The position numbers and the translations under genes are program-made. The notes below the pieces were generated by a model that was given only the letters and a program-made list of their open reading frames with translations, had not been told where the DNA came from and searched no databases. Below, piece after piece: positions 1 to 9,725 of a stretch of 64,000 nucleotides of DNA (position 1 is its first letter; each line of letters opens with the position of its first letter). Source of the DNA: Candidatus Parcubacteria bacterium (GTDB lineage Bacteria; Patescibacteriota; Patescibacteriia; UBA1558; GWA2-36-10); contig JABJNO010000024.1 of the NCBI GenBank assembly GCA_018664825.1, positions 7,204 to 71,203 on the forward strand. Direction: 5' to 3'.

Positions 1-562
1 TCACCAAAATCTTGTTTGGCTGTACCCCGTAGCGTTGCAACCTAGCTTTGACTCGCCTGTTTGGAACCAAATAAGTAATCTTACTTTTCTTTGGATAATA
101 TGGTGCCCAAGCACGCGCTACATCAGCATCACAAACCACACAATAAATCTTGCCCTTATAACCATAATAATCTGCAAAATATGCAGGTACAAAAAAAGTG
201 GACAAAAACGGCAAAGGATTTTTGTTTAGCTCATGTATCAAATCCTGCCCTAGGCCACCTTTTATTTTTTTATAAAAATAAGTCAATTGTTGTGAAGGTT
301 TGGATAAATCCCTATTTGGATAAAAAGGGTCTATCTTTTGAAAATGATCCATAATAGCAAAAGCAGCTGTACCCAAAAGAGGTATTTTTTTGAAACGAGA
401 AATTATTTCATACCATTTTCGGCCACTCTCCCAACTTTTTTCTTCACCCTTGCTAATTCCTTGATAACGATTGGCATTGATTATCCCTCCTTTTGCACTA
501 GCCATAAAAGGATAAGCCGCCCTTTGATGACCGTAGCCCATGTCAACAGCCACTACGTACAT
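1..562 (-). CDS. glycosyltransferase-like protein, partial (start at 562, C-terminal part runs off the left edge); N-term MYVVAVDMGYGHQRAAYPF resembles the GxGH N-terminus of GT-B (MGDG-synthase/UgtP/MurG-like) enzymes
   Basis: Minus-strand ORF open to position 1, so absent from the ORF track; ATG at 562 with an alternative in-frame ATG at 583; antisense + ORFs 35-679 are spurious. Confidence 0.4.
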   Translation of the reverse strand, partial: MYVVAVDMGYGHQRAAYPFMASAKGGIINANRYQGISKGEEKSWESGRKWYEIISRFKKIPLLGTAAFAIMDHFQKIDPFYPNRDLSKPSQQLTYFYKKIKGGLGQDLIHELNKNPLPFLSTFFVPAYFADYYGYKGKIYCVVCDADVARAWAPYYPKKSKITYLVPNRRVKARLQRYGVQPNKILV

Positions 563-777
563 TTTTTGTTTTTGTTTTATCATTTTTTTGATCTAATAGC
601 GAACGTTGGCCACTTCTTTACCGGCTTTTTTGCGGTGTTTTTTCTTGGCCATTTTCTTTTTTTTATTCATCCCGTTTAGAATTTAATAATTAAAATTCTC
701 TCCATCAGAAACAAAACGTTTCCAACGGGATATATATGTGTATTATAACACAAAAGTGTATTTTTTGAGAAATTTTT

Positions 778-1386
778 TTATTCAACTCTAATGCCACTGA
801 TCTGTCCTTTTCTTTTTAGGGCTGCAGCTTGCACCATAATAGGGCTATGATTTTGAGTTTTATCATTCATAATCAAAACACCACCAACACGCAAATCATC
901 TGGCAAAGAATCAAGACTGGTCATAAAAATATCCAAATTACCATCTATATTCAATCCTTTGGGTAGCGACTCTTGTCCTTTGGCAATAAACTCAAAGTAA
1001 CCGTAGACCGTAAGATTTTCTGGAATATCTATTTGCCCGCTAGTATTGATAGTCAAATCACGATTGATAGTTATGCGAGTACCTTTTCTTTTGTTGGGGA
1101 AAACTACGCACTCATTCTTCAAACAACTGTCTACAGTAGTGATATTTCCCGTCCCTGTTTCTTCAGGAAAGGCATTTATCTTTTCCAAAAATTTTCTTAA
1201 AACTATAAATTTTATTACCAATCCTTCCAATGAATTAATTCTTTCTTCTATTTTGTCTCTTTTATTTGCCCACATAGCAAAATTATCAGAACTAATATCT
1301 GGTACAGAAAAATCACTTACTGTAATTTTGATTTCTGATAAAATCCTTCTAAAATTTTTGCAATTTGGTATTTCTATGTCTCTCAT
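778..1386 (-). CDS. LRR-like repeat protein, paralogue family member (20-residue LPxxLxVxGxL repeats, conserved C-terminal tail AAALKRKGQISG)
   Basis: Repeats SLPKGLNIDGNLDI / SLPDDLRVGGVLIM; C-tail shared with 5507, 8202, 8854 and 14509 genes; no signal peptide. Confidence 0.6.
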   Translation of the reverse strand: MRDIEIPNCKNFRRILSEIKITVSDFSVPDISSDNFAMWANKRDKIEERINSLEGLVIKFIVLRKFLEKINAFPEETGTGNITTVDSCLKNECVVFPNKRKGTRITINRDLTINTSGQIDIPENLTVYGYFEFIAKGQESLPKGLNIDGNLDIFMTSLDSLPDDLRVGGVLIMNDKTQNHSPIMVQAAALKRKGQISGIRVE

Positions 1387-1580
1387 ATTTATCTAGCTAA
1401 TTTTTCATCCATCTATAAATCAAATAAACTAAAATCAAAGCATACAAGTAGTATTCTAAATTTATCAAACGATGTACCATACCTGAATTGGACAATTCGA
1501 GTACAACCAAAATAATCCAAGTGCCTAGAGCTACATGGAAAAAATCTTGAATTATTAATACGTGCTTTTTCATAATTATT

Positions 1581-2837
1581 TTAAAATACTTTTTTGCCTT
1601 TTTTATCTATACAAAATTGTTCCTTACCCTTTTTTACTGCAGCTATACCATTTTCAAATCTACCAATAGAATCAAATCTTTCTGAAGTTATTCTTTTACC
1701 TTTTTTATCTACAAAAAACCATTCTTCACCTTTTTTAACCTCGGCTATACCATTTTGAAACCTACCAACAGAATCATATCTTTCAGGGCTTATCTCTTTA
1801 CCTTTTTTATCTACAAAAAACCATTCTTCACCTTTTTTAACTCCAGCTATTCCTTCTAAAAAATACTCTACTCTATCATATCTTTCAGGGCTTATTTCTT
1901 TACCTTTTTTATCTACAAAAAACCATTTATCATCTTTTTTAACTCCAGCTATTCCTTCTGAAAAGCCACTGCATCCATCAAATCTATTAGGACTTACCTC
2001 CTCATTCTTTGTATTGATAAAAATATACTCGTCACCTTTCTTAATTGCAGCTATGCCTCCTGAAAAACCATAGCCACCATCATGTCCCTCAGCATCTAAT
2101 ATTTCACCTTTTGTATTTATAAAAAACCATCTATGAGCTGTCCTTTCTTTTGTAACTGAAGCAAAGCCATCGCGGAACCCATCAACGAAATCATACTCTC
2201 TACTAGGATACACCTCTTCACCTTTTGCATTTATGTGAAACATTTTCCCATCTTTTTTAACTGAGCCAAATCCACCTGAAAAATCATAAGTAGCATCATA
2301 TCTTTTAGAAGTAATTTCTTTGCCTTTTTTGTCTACATAAAACCATCCCTCGCCTCTTTTGACCCTGGCCATTCCTTCATGAAACTCCCAAATGCCATCA
2401 TACAATTGAGAATCTACCTTCTCGCCCTTGGCGTTGATAAAAAAATATTTATTATTTTTTACCACATAAGCTATTTCTTCTTCAAAATAACTAGTATAAT
2501 CGTATTTTTCTGTTCCTATCTGCTCTCCTTTTGTGTTGATAAAAAATTCTTCATTATCTTTTTTAACTTTGGCTATACCTCTAAAAAATTTTTCTATGTG
2601 ATCTAGACCCAACTTTTGAGCTAACTCTCTTTTTAATTCTACTGTATATGTCTCTAACAAATTTTCCAGCTCTTCTACACTACTTGTCAATATAAGCTGT
2701 TTGTCTATTAGCTTATCTAAACCTTCCGTAAAAGAAATAGTATTTATGCTTAAACTAAAATCTTCAAAGTTTGTCTGAACTTGAGATAATTCTTGTTTTA
2801 ATTGTTCACAGGTAACGTCCATATAATTATCTATCAA
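1581..2837 (-). CDS. WG-repeat (KWG-like) protein carrying the same N-terminal CEQLKQEL helix as the LRR-like family
   Basis: At least 9 tandem ~40-aa repeats of WFFVDKKGKEISPERYDxVxxFxxGIAxVKKGEE (PF14903-like WG repeat); N-term VTCEQLKQELSQV. Confidence 0.6.
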   Translation of the reverse strand: MIDNYMDVTCEQLKQELSQVQTNFEDFSLSINTISFTEGLDKLIDKQLILTSSVEELENLLETYTVELKRELAQKLGLDHIEKFFRGIAKVKKDNEEFFINTKGEQIGTEKYDYTSYFEEEIAYVVKNNKYFFINAKGEKVDSQLYDGIWEFHEGMARVKRGEGWFYVDKKGKEITSKRYDATYDFSGGFGSVKKDGKMFHINAKGEEVYPSREYDFVDGFRDGFASVTKERTAHRWFFINTKGEILDAEGHDGGYGFSGGIAAIKKGDEYIFINTKNEEVSPNRFDGCSGFSEGIAGVKKDDKWFFVDKKGKEISPERYDRVEYFLEGIAGVKKGEEWFFVDKKGKEISPERYDSVGRFQNGIAEVKKGEEWFFVDKKGKRITSERFDSIGRFENGIAAVKKGKEQFCIDKKGKKVF

Positions 2838-3324
2838 ATATAAATTGCCAATTATTGTGCAGACTGACAGTAGAGGTACTTTTGAGATCTGGTACAGACA
2901 AAATCATTTCTACTTTATTATTTTTTATATCTACATTCTCCAAATCATAGATCAGAGAAAAATCAGAGCCTTGAATCTCTTGCCAGTACCAATCTCCGTT
3001 TTCCTGACGCAAGCCTAGTCTCATGCTTTCATCTATATAATCAACACTACCTTCTACTACTAGCCGATCAAAACTCAGCGGTGTGTATAGTTTTATATAA
3101 AGAGGCTCACTAACTAGCTTAAATTTATCATTTTGAAAACTCCCCCTGACCTCAGGATACCAACCTACAATGTCTTTGGTGATAGATACATCAAAATCAG
3201 GTTGATAGGTCAGGATACGCTTGGTATAGACTCCATTTATAAACACATACAAAAGAATGGCTAGAGCGATTATTAGCCATATATAACGAAAAATGCTTCG
3301 AATAGCAATTTTTTTCAAATTCAT
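2827..3324 (-). CDS. membrane-anchored hypothetical protein (single N-terminal TM helix)
   Basis: 165-aa ORF with hydrophobic N-terminus IWLIIALAILLYVFI; 11-nt overlap with the downstream WG-repeat gene. Confidence 0.45.
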   Translation of the reverse strand: MNLKKIAIRSIFRYIWLIIALAILLYVFINGVYTKRILTYQPDFDVSITKDIVGWYPEVRGSFQNDKFKLVSEPLYIKLYTPLSFDRLVVEGSVDYIDESMRLGLRQENGDWYWQEIQGSDFSLIYDLENVDIKNNKVEMILSVPDLKSTSTVSLHNNWQFIFDR

Positions 3325-3401
3325 GTACTCATTGTAGCAAATCTAAAGCATTTACAGAAGTGTAAAAATGTATTAAATTATGATACAATATACCGGTATT
3401 T

Positions 3402-5504
3402 ATGATAAATTTTAGCCGTCAACAACATCTAATTTGGCAAGCATTTAGCATCGCTGTAATCTTAGCCAATTATATATGGCTTCAATGGCCAATTTTGGGC
3501 GTTATATTTGGATTTTTTTATTTATGGTTCAATAGTAAAAAAATATCTGACTTATTTTTCCCAAAAATTCGAAAAGGCCTAAAAAGCACCTGTGGATTTG
3601 TAGTGCTACTTGCTTATGTCAGTGTAGTGTATACAATTTTTTATCATGCCTGGCTTATCAATTTTTGGACATTTTTGTGGACACTTGTTTCTATTCCTAT
3701 TTTGGTAGAATTTTTCTCATACAAACTATACATCAACCATTATTTTCTAAAAGATACAAACTTTGGTTTTTTTGGTGACAACAATATCCGAAACAAATTT
3801 TTGCCCATTATTGTTTTTTTAATTGATTTGCTTTTATTTTATGTTTTATTCAAAAAAGCATCCATGGGTATCATTCGTTCTCCTTGGGAACTTTTGCATT
3901 TCAAATTTTGGGCATTGTTTATGCTTAGTAATATATTGCTAGTGACAAATTTTGTTAGCAAAAAATCTTTCAAAAATATCTTTTTGATCGTTTGGCATTT
4001 TTTGTTGATAGCTTGTATCGGTATTATATTATATCCACTGGGCTTTGGTTATGATTCTTTTATCCATCAAGCAGCCCTAGAGACAATCAAAAACACCAGT
4101 ACTATACAGCCTCGCCTGTTTTTGTACATTGGCCAATATGCTCTGACTTTTTTTGTGTCCGGCATCTCTCAGCTTTCCCTGGCAACCACAAACAAAATAC
4201 TATTACCAGGACTCTTTGCCCTGATATGGCCAACTAGCCTGTACTACGGTTTACGATACGGCTTTAATTGGTCTCGAAAAATCAGCTACCTAGCAGTCCT
4301 ATGGAGTATTTTTATTGGCATCAATTTTGCCATTATGACCACTCCCCAAAGCTTATCTTTTCTTTTGTTGTCTCTGATTTTCTTTTTGATGCCAGATATG
4401 AACAACCGTAAAATAAGTCATTTGTTTGCTTGGGTGGTTGCTATCATGACTATGACCATCCATCCTTTGGCTGGTATACCATTGTTTTGCTTGGCTGCTA
4501 TGATGACAGTCTGGCAAATGCGTAAAAACAAAAAAATACGTAAAATTTTATTTTATATAGTATCTACAATATCAGCCATAATATTACCAATATTTTTGGC
4601 CTTGTACCAAAGAGTTCAAGGTATTGCTTGGTCAGAAATATTTAGTTTCAAGCTCTGGCCTTTATTGGACTTTCCTGATCTTGGTTGGTACCAAACTTTC
4701 AACTTTCCCCTTGATCTCGTCTATAATATTGGCTCAAATCAAGTATGGATTTATGTTTTGGCTATTTTAATTGGTCTCTGGACTATATTTAGAGAAAACA
4801 AATACATATTTTTCAAAAGGCTTACTTTTTTTACTATTATGTTGGCTATCAATTTTTTGATTACCAAAATATTTTTGAACTTCAATCTCCAGATTACCTA
4901 CCAAAAAGACGACTATTCAAACCGAATTCTATTTATGATAGCCCTGGGAGCTTTACCACTGTTTTTGACTACTGTTTATTTTTGGTTTAGAGAGGTTTTC
5001 CGAAACAATGGTTTTTGGAATAAAGTCTGGTTGGTAGTATTGACTTCAATCATAATCGGTATCAGTACTTATTTTAGCTACCCCGTCTATGACCAACACG
5101 GCAATAGCAAAAGCTTTAATGTCACAGAGTTTGATATAGAAACAGTCGCCGCCATAAAAGAAAACGCCGAAGGTGACCCATATGTAGTACTAGCCAACCA
5201 AATGGTCGGTGCAGCCGCTATCAAAGACTACGGCTTTGCTCACTACTACAATGACAATTTTTATTATTCTATGCCCCTAGGTACTGCCAATATCTATGAC
5301 CAATACCTAAATATGATAGAAAAAAATGCTTCCCGTGAGGAAGCGCTAGTAGCCATGGACAAAGCTGGTGTAGATAGACTGTATTTTGTAGTCAACAACT
5401 ACTGGCATTCTGCCAAACAAGCCATAAATCAAGCAGAGACTACTGCCGATGAAAAAATATTGATTGGCAATGGCGTCAATACTATATTTATTTACGAAAG
5501 ATAA
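3402..5504 (+). CDS. polytopic integral membrane protein (more than 12 TM helices plus ~160-aa C-terminal soluble domain); possibly a GT-C-type glycosyltransferase or polymerase, function unknown
   Basis: 700-aa ORF with numerous hydrophobic helices and a hydrophilic C-terminal domain; no recognisable catalytic motif. Confidence 0.5.
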   Translation: MINFSRQQHLIWQAFSIAVILANYIWLQWPILGVIFGFFYLWFNSKKISDLFFPKIRKGLKSTCGFVVLLAYVSVVYTIFYHAWLINFWTFLWTLVSIPILVEFFSYKLYINHYFLKDTNFGFFGDNNIRNKFLPIIVFLIDLLLFYVLFKKASMGIIRSPWELLHFKFWALFMLSNILLVTNFVSKKSFKNIFLIVWHFLLIACIGIILYPLGFGYDSFIHQAALETIKNTSTIQPRLFLYIGQYALTFFVSGISQLSLATTNKILLPGLFALIWPTSLYYGLRYGFNWSRKISYLAVLWSIFIGINFAIMTTPQSLSFLLLSLIFFLMPDMNNRKISHLFAWVVAIMTMTIHPLAGIPLFCLAAMMTVWQMRKNKKIRKILFYIVSTISAIILPIFLALYQRVQGIAWSEIFSFKLWPLLDFPDLGWYQTFNFPLDLVYNIGSNQVWIYVLAILIGLWTIFRENKYIFFKRLTFFTIMLAINFLITKIFLNFNLQITYQKDDYSNRILFMIALGALPLFLTTVYFWFREVFRNNGFWNKVWLVVLTSIIIGISTYFSYPVYDQHGNSKSFNVTEFDIETVAAIKENAEGDPYVVLANQMVGAAAIKDYGFAHYYNDNFYYSMPLGTANIYDQYLNMIEKNASREEALVAMDKAGVDRLYFVVNNYWHSAKQAINQAETTADEKILIGNGVNTIFIYER

Positions 5505-5506
5505 AA

Positions 5507-6103
5507 TTACCTACCAGCAGGATAATTAAACATTACTTCGGATACTTGACCTTTTTCACTCAAAGCTAGGGCCTGCTGTCCTAGTTTTTCATTACTTGCA
5601 TTTAACATTAATTTTCCTTTTACTACTATATCGTCTGGTAGTTCTGTAATAAAATTATTTTCATCCAAAATTAAATCTCCATAAACTACCAATCCTTTTG
5701 GTAGTTCTTTGACTCCAGAAAAATTTATATTAAAACTTCCTACTACTTCTAGGTTGTCTGGCAATTGCCTGATTTTTCCTTCTCCGCGGATATCCAAATC
5801 TGTATCTACTATAAACCTGTATCTATCCGCATAAAGCCTAGCTCCATATTTTTTCTCTACTCTTTCTTGTTTTTGTTTTGTTATCTTTGCTATAAAATGA
5901 AAAAAACTAAGCCTATCCATGTTGGTGGTAAAATAACAAAAATGATAACCTATCTGACGTTTTAGATCCTGTGCTCTTCTAATAAGTAGCTGAGTATCCT
6001 TTGTATCAGAAATATTTTCAAGATCAGAAATAAAATCTACCAAAGCAGGTCTCAACTGTTGCTCTATTACCATTTTATAATCTGGACATTTTTCTTTTCT
6101 CAT
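5507..6103 (-). CDS. LRR-like repeat protein, paralogue family member
   Basis: Repeats LPDNLEVVGSFNINFSGVKELPKGLVVYGDLILDENNFITELPDDIVVKGKLML; tail ALALSEKGQVSEVMF. Track ORF reaches 6241 but would overlap hup, so the start is trimmed to the ATG at 6103 (MRKEKCPDYK). Confidence 0.55.
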   Translation of the reverse strand: MRKEKCPDYKMVIEQQLRPALVDFISDLENISDTKDTQLLIRRAQDLKRQIGYHFCYFTTNMDRLSFFHFIAKITKQKQERVEKKYGARLYADRYRFIVDTDLDIRGEGKIRQLPDNLEVVGSFNINFSGVKELPKGLVVYGDLILDENNFITELPDDIVVKGKLMLNASNEKLGQQALALSEKGQVSEVMFNYPAGR

Positions 6104-6179
6104 ACATACATAATATAGCAAACAAAAAAGGCTGTCCATGTAGGACAGGCCTTTTTTAATATAATTTCTATTCTCTGCC

Positions 6180-6461
6180 TTAGAGTACTGAATCTTTAGC
6201 AGCTTTTGCAACACGGAATTTAACAACAGTCTTGGCAGCAATCTGGATAGATTCGCCTGTGGCTGGGTTACGTCCCATACGTGCAGCGCGGTCTTTCTTT
6301 ACCAATTTTCCAATTCCAGGAATGATAAATTCGCCACTTTCTCTGACTTCGCTATAAGCCAATTCTGCAAAAGTGTCCATAAATTCGGTCACTTCTTTTT
6401 TGCTCATGCCTGTCTTTTCAGCCAAGACATTTAGCAACTGTGATTTTGTTAGTTTTGCCAT
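6180..6461 (-). CDS. hup: DNA-binding protein HU
   Basis: 93 aa, MAKLTKSQLL...GFGKF-like arm RMGRNPATGESIQIAAKTVVKFRVAKAAKD. Confidence 0.9.
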   Translation of the reverse strand: MAKLTKSQLLNVLAEKTGMSKKEVTEFMDTFAELAYSEVRESGEFIIPGIGKLVKKDRAARMGRNPATGESIQIAAKTVVKFRVAKAAKDSVL

Positions 6462-6707
6462 AACTTTATTTATCTTAATTAATTAATATTTTCATTAGGA
6501 AATATATCACAAAAATCTAATTTTGTTAAGTAAAAATGGGGAAATTGTGCATAAGTGGATACATAAAATAATTTCTATGTCAAATAAAAAAACCCTAAAT
6601 ATAACATTTTACTATGATTTTGTGGCTAATATTAGGTAATTAAATACTTTTAATTATTTTACACCAATTGTCCAAAGAGCAAAAATAGGGCTTTTTTCAG
6701 GCTTTTC

Positions 6708-7715
6708 CTAATTAGAATCAAAAGCCAAGAAAAATCCTTGTTTAGCTCTCTTGATAAATTGAGGCCTATTGAGCTTTAGGGTTTCAATAATGCCTTTAGG
6801 TGACAAATCATAGCCCTCTATCTCTATATTTTTACCATCAACCTCAGCTGTAGCCATGACTGGCTGTGGCTCACCGATGGCATAAGCCAATTTTACCAAT
6901 ACTTCTTTGGCTTGATGCTTTTTGAGGTACTCAACAGCTAAATATCTAGCCATATAGGCCGCTGACCTATCTACCTTGGTACTGTCTTTGCCAGAAAAAG
7001 CTCCTCCGCCTACAGGAATCTGTGGTCCATAGTTGTCTGCTGTGATTTTACGTCCAGTCAGACCAGTATCAGCCTCAAATCCCCCCGATACAAATGGTCC
7101 GGCTGGGTTGATGTATAGTTTTTTATAATCTGATACTACCTGATCTACGATTTCTTTTTTCAAAAAATCTTTGAGCTCCTCAAAATCCACCTCCTCGCTA
7201 TGCTGAGTAGAAAGTACAACTGACTCTACCTTGTCCCCATCTAGAGTCACCTGAGCCTTGCCGTCTGGCCCTAGGGCCTTGGCAAATTTTGATTTACCCT
7301 CTTGCCTGACTCTCTCTAGTCTTCTGACAAGCCTTGTTGCCAGGACGTGTTCTAATGGAAGTAGCTCCTCTGTCTCAGAAGTAGCATAACCGACCATGAT
7401 TCCCTGATCTCCTGCTCCACCAGTATCTACTCCGTTGGCAATATCTGGACTCTGCCTGACAATATTGACCAAAATATCCAGCTCATCGTCATAGCCAATA
7501 TCTTTGTAGATTTGGCGAGCAATTTTATCGGCCTCAAATTTTGCCCTTGATGTTATCTCTCCTATTATTACCAATTGTCCGTGTCCCCCTAGAGTCTCTA
7601 CCGCTACCCTACTATTTGGATCTTGTCTTAGGCATTCGTCCAAAATAGCGTCTGAGATTTGATCACAAACTTTGTCAGGGTGTCCCATGGTGATGTTTTC
7701 TGCTGTCTTTAGCAT
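6708..7715 (-). CDS. metK: S-adenosylmethionine synthetase (compact, 335 aa)
   Basis: GHPDKVCDQISDAILD, GGGAFSGKD and DTYGG-like motifs; shortened C-terminus. Confidence 0.9.
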   Translation of the reverse strand: MLKTAENITMGHPDKVCDQISDAILDECLRQDPNSRVAVETLGGHGQLVIIGEITSRAKFEADKIARQIYKDIGYDDELDILVNIVRQSPDIANGVDTGGAGDQGIMVGYATSETEELLPLEHVLATRLVRRLERVRQEGKSKFAKALGPDGKAQVTLDGDKVESVVLSTQHSEEVDFEELKDFLKKEIVDQVVSDYKKLYINPAGPFVSGGFEADTGLTGRKITADNYGPQIPVGGGAFSGKDSTKVDRSAAYMARYLAVEYLKKHQAKEVLVKLAYAIGEPQPVMATAEVDGKNIEIEGYDLSPKGIIETLKLNRPQFIKRAKQGFFLAFDSN

Positions 7716-7736
7716 TGTTCTTTTTTGTTTAATAAT

Positions 7737-7878
7737 AAAAAATTTCTCCTCAAAAAGGAGAAATATAATGTAAACATCATCTTCCCCTTTTTAGGGGTTG
7801 GATTTAGCACCGTTCCTATAAGGATGGTTGCCGGCGGGTCGTCGAGCCAATTCTCTCACCGCACTCTTGATAACTAAA
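7737..7878 (-). ncRNA. SAM-I (S-box) riboswitch with intrinsic terminator in the metK leader
   Basis: Minus-strand transcript GUUAUCAAGAGUGCGGUGAGAGAAUUGGCUCGACGACCCGCCGGCAACC...ACGGUGCUAAAUCCAACCCCUAAAAAGGGGAAGAUGAUG matches the S-box consensus (UUAUCAAGAG..GGNGGAGGGA..GCAACC..GGUGCUAA.UCC), followed by hairpin UUUCUCC-UUUUUGA-GGAGAAA plus U-tract just upstream of the metK ATG. Confidence 0.8.
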
Positions 7879-7970
7879 ATATTCAATTGTAAAGTAATAA
7901 CATTATATATCATTTTGTAAAATTTGCCAAATAGTGCCATAATATATGTATAAAAATTAAACAAAAAAAT

Positions 7971-8198
7971 ATGTTTCATGAAAAGCATTCCCGTACAATT
8001 GCCAAATCAGTTACTTGGCGCCTAATAGCCTTTGTGTCCAGTATACTGGTGCTCTATTTATTAATTGGAGATTGGGAAACTTCTTTTTATCATTCAGTGA
8101 TTATCCATTCAGTAAAAACTGTTCTCTACTATTTCCACGAAAGAATCTGGAATTCATCAAACTTTGGACAAGAAATACGAAAACCTAAGGCCGTGTAA
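7971..8198 (+). CDS. DUF2061-family small membrane protein
   Basis: RTIAKSVTWRLIAF...YYFHERIWN pattern typical of DUF2061. Confidence 0.55.
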   Translation: MFHEKHSRTIAKSVTWRLIAFVSSILVLYLLIGDWETSFYHSVIIHSVKTVLYYFHERIWNSSNFGQEIRKPKAV

Positions 8199-8201
8199 TA
8201 T

Positions 8202-8849
8202 ATGACCTCAATAACTTGCAAACAACTTAAAAGAGACTATACAACATTAAAAGCTGATCTTATAGAGATTAATCAGCTCTTGGCTACTGGCAAAAATCAT
8301 AGCGACATAGCAGAAATCAAAGACAAACAAAAACAACTTCTTGATGCCATAGAAACTTTGGCAGAAGATGTTTTTGTCTTCAAGGCTCACGAACAAGTCA
8401 CGGCTATGTTGCTCGGAGATACTAGATTACAATCTGGTAGAGTAAAAACCCGTGAAAAAGCAACTACCTGGATTGAAAAAAATGTTGACCTAGACATGGC
8501 ACAAAAATTGGTGAAAATAGAAAATCTTTATTACGAAAACGTCCAGATTACTAAACTACCTGACAATCTCTATATCAAAGGAAATCTAGAACTACGAGGA
8601 TCTCAAGTTGCTGAACTTCCTGGATTTTTATATGTGGGAGGAAATATGGATATACAAGAAACTAGAATCACAACCTTGCCCAATGGTTTGTCTGTAGGAG
8701 GAAATTTGAACCTAATAAATTCAGGTGTCGCTACTTTTCCTGAAATTATCTATATCAAAGGAGGTTTGATAGTAGGAAAAAATCTAGAAGACGCAGCCAA
8801 TAAACTAAAAGAGAACGGAAGAGTCCAAGGAGAAATCACAGTAATATAA
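8202..8849 (+). CDS. LRR-like repeat protein, paralogue family member
   Basis: N-term ITCKQLKRDYTTLKADL; repeats KLPDNLYIKGNLELRGSQVAELPGFLYVGGNMDIQETRITTLPNGLSVGGNLNL; tail AANKLKENGRVQGEITVI. Confidence 0.65.
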   Translation: MTSITCKQLKRDYTTLKADLIEINQLLATGKNHSDIAEIKDKQKQLLDAIETLAEDVFVFKAHEQVTAMLLGDTRLQSGRVKTREKATTWIEKNVDLDMAQKLVKIENLYYENVQITKLPDNLYIKGNLELRGSQVAELPGFLYVGGNMDIQETRITTLPNGLSVGGNLNLINSGVATFPEIIYIKGGLIVGKNLEDAANKLKENGRVQGEITVI

Positions 8850-8853
8850 AAAT

Positions 8854-9393
8854 ATGCCCGAACCAAGCTGCGAACAACTTAGACAAGAATTGACTGCGGT
8901 AAAATCTATACTGGCTGAATTTGCTTTAGCTATAAACGAACCCTTGAGTGATAAAAGTATCAAGATTTTACAAAGCCTAAAAACTAAAATTCAAAAAGCT
9001 ATACCCAAACTAGACAACTTGTGGTTTGATTCTGAACCAATCTTGAATAAGATTATAGATATAGTAATAAAAACAGCTGACAGTAGTCCAAGCAACAAAG
9101 AAGAAGTAGAACAACTAATAAAAGATTGGACAAAAAATAATCTAAGAATAGACCAAAAGAATAGAAAAATAATAATTACAGGAGACTGGGATCTTTCAGG
9201 TTCTACTATTGGCGAGCTACCCGACAATATCCAGATAGAAGGAAATTTACACCTTGAGCATAGCTCAATTAGTAAACTACCAAACAACCTCTATGTAGAA
9301 GGATGGTTATACGTAGACAAAAGTTTGAAGAAAGAAGCAGAAAGACTAGCTAAACTAGGAAATTTAAAAGAAGGCGTAGCAACAAGAGAATAA
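8854..9393 (+). CDS. LRR-like repeat protein, paralogue family member (tandem to 8202)
   Basis: N-term PSCEQLRQELTAVKSIL; repeats ELPDNIQIEGNLHLEHSSISKLPNNLYVEGWLYV; tail AERLAKLGNLKEGVATRE. Confidence 0.65.
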   Translation: MPEPSCEQLRQELTAVKSILAEFALAINEPLSDKSIKILQSLKTKIQKAIPKLDNLWFDSEPILNKIIDIVIKTADSSPSNKEEVEQLIKDWTKNNLRIDQKNRKIIITGDWDLSGSTIGELPDNIQIEGNLHLEHSSISKLPNNLYVEGWLYVDKSLKKEAERLAKLGNLKEGVATRE

Positions 9394-9397
9394 TAAT

Positions 9398-9712
9398 ATG
9401 AATCTTTCAAGGCTACAAAAATATATCTTGAAAAAAGCTTGGGAAAGTAAAAACCCCCGAGTTTCTCGAGATATTTTTGATAGCTTTTACAATTTTATCA
9501 AAGATCCGCCTTCTCAAAAAATCCGCGCCAACATCATCACCAAAAGTATGGAAAGACTGATAAGCCGCGGCCTGATAGCTGGCTTTGGTGAAAAAACTCA
9601 ACACAAACTTTTTATCCAATATATACGCCTCACTCCCCTTGGTAGGAAAACAGCCCGCCAGCTCCTAGGCACTCAATCAGAATTTCCATTTATCAAAAAA
9701 CTCCGTCAATAA
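9398..9712 (+). CDS. hypothetical protein (104 aa)
   Basis: ORF 4 nt downstream of the 8854 gene; no recognisable motif. Confidence 0.4.
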   Translation: MNLSRLQKYILKKAWESKNPRVSRDIFDSFYNFIKDPPSQKIRANIITKSMERLISRGLIAGFGEKTQHKLFIQYIRLTPLGRKTARQLLGTQSEFPFIKKLRQ

Positions 9713-9725
9713 GCGGGGTTTTATA

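Noticed and set aside
35-679. Three + strand ORFs (35-229, 91-354, 338-679)
   Set aside because: They are antisense to a well-formed minus-strand gene (GT-like, open to the window edge) and are low-complexity, so they are treated as spurious.
5507-6241. Full-length 244-aa version of the LRR-like gene
   Set aside because: The upstream 46 codons would overlap the hup gene out of frame. The start was trimmed to the ATG at 6103, which preserves the family N-terminal Cys-helix.
7791-7988. 65-aa minus-strand ORF
   Set aside because: It lies entirely within the SAM-I riboswitch/leader of metK, so it is an RNA element rather than a CDS.
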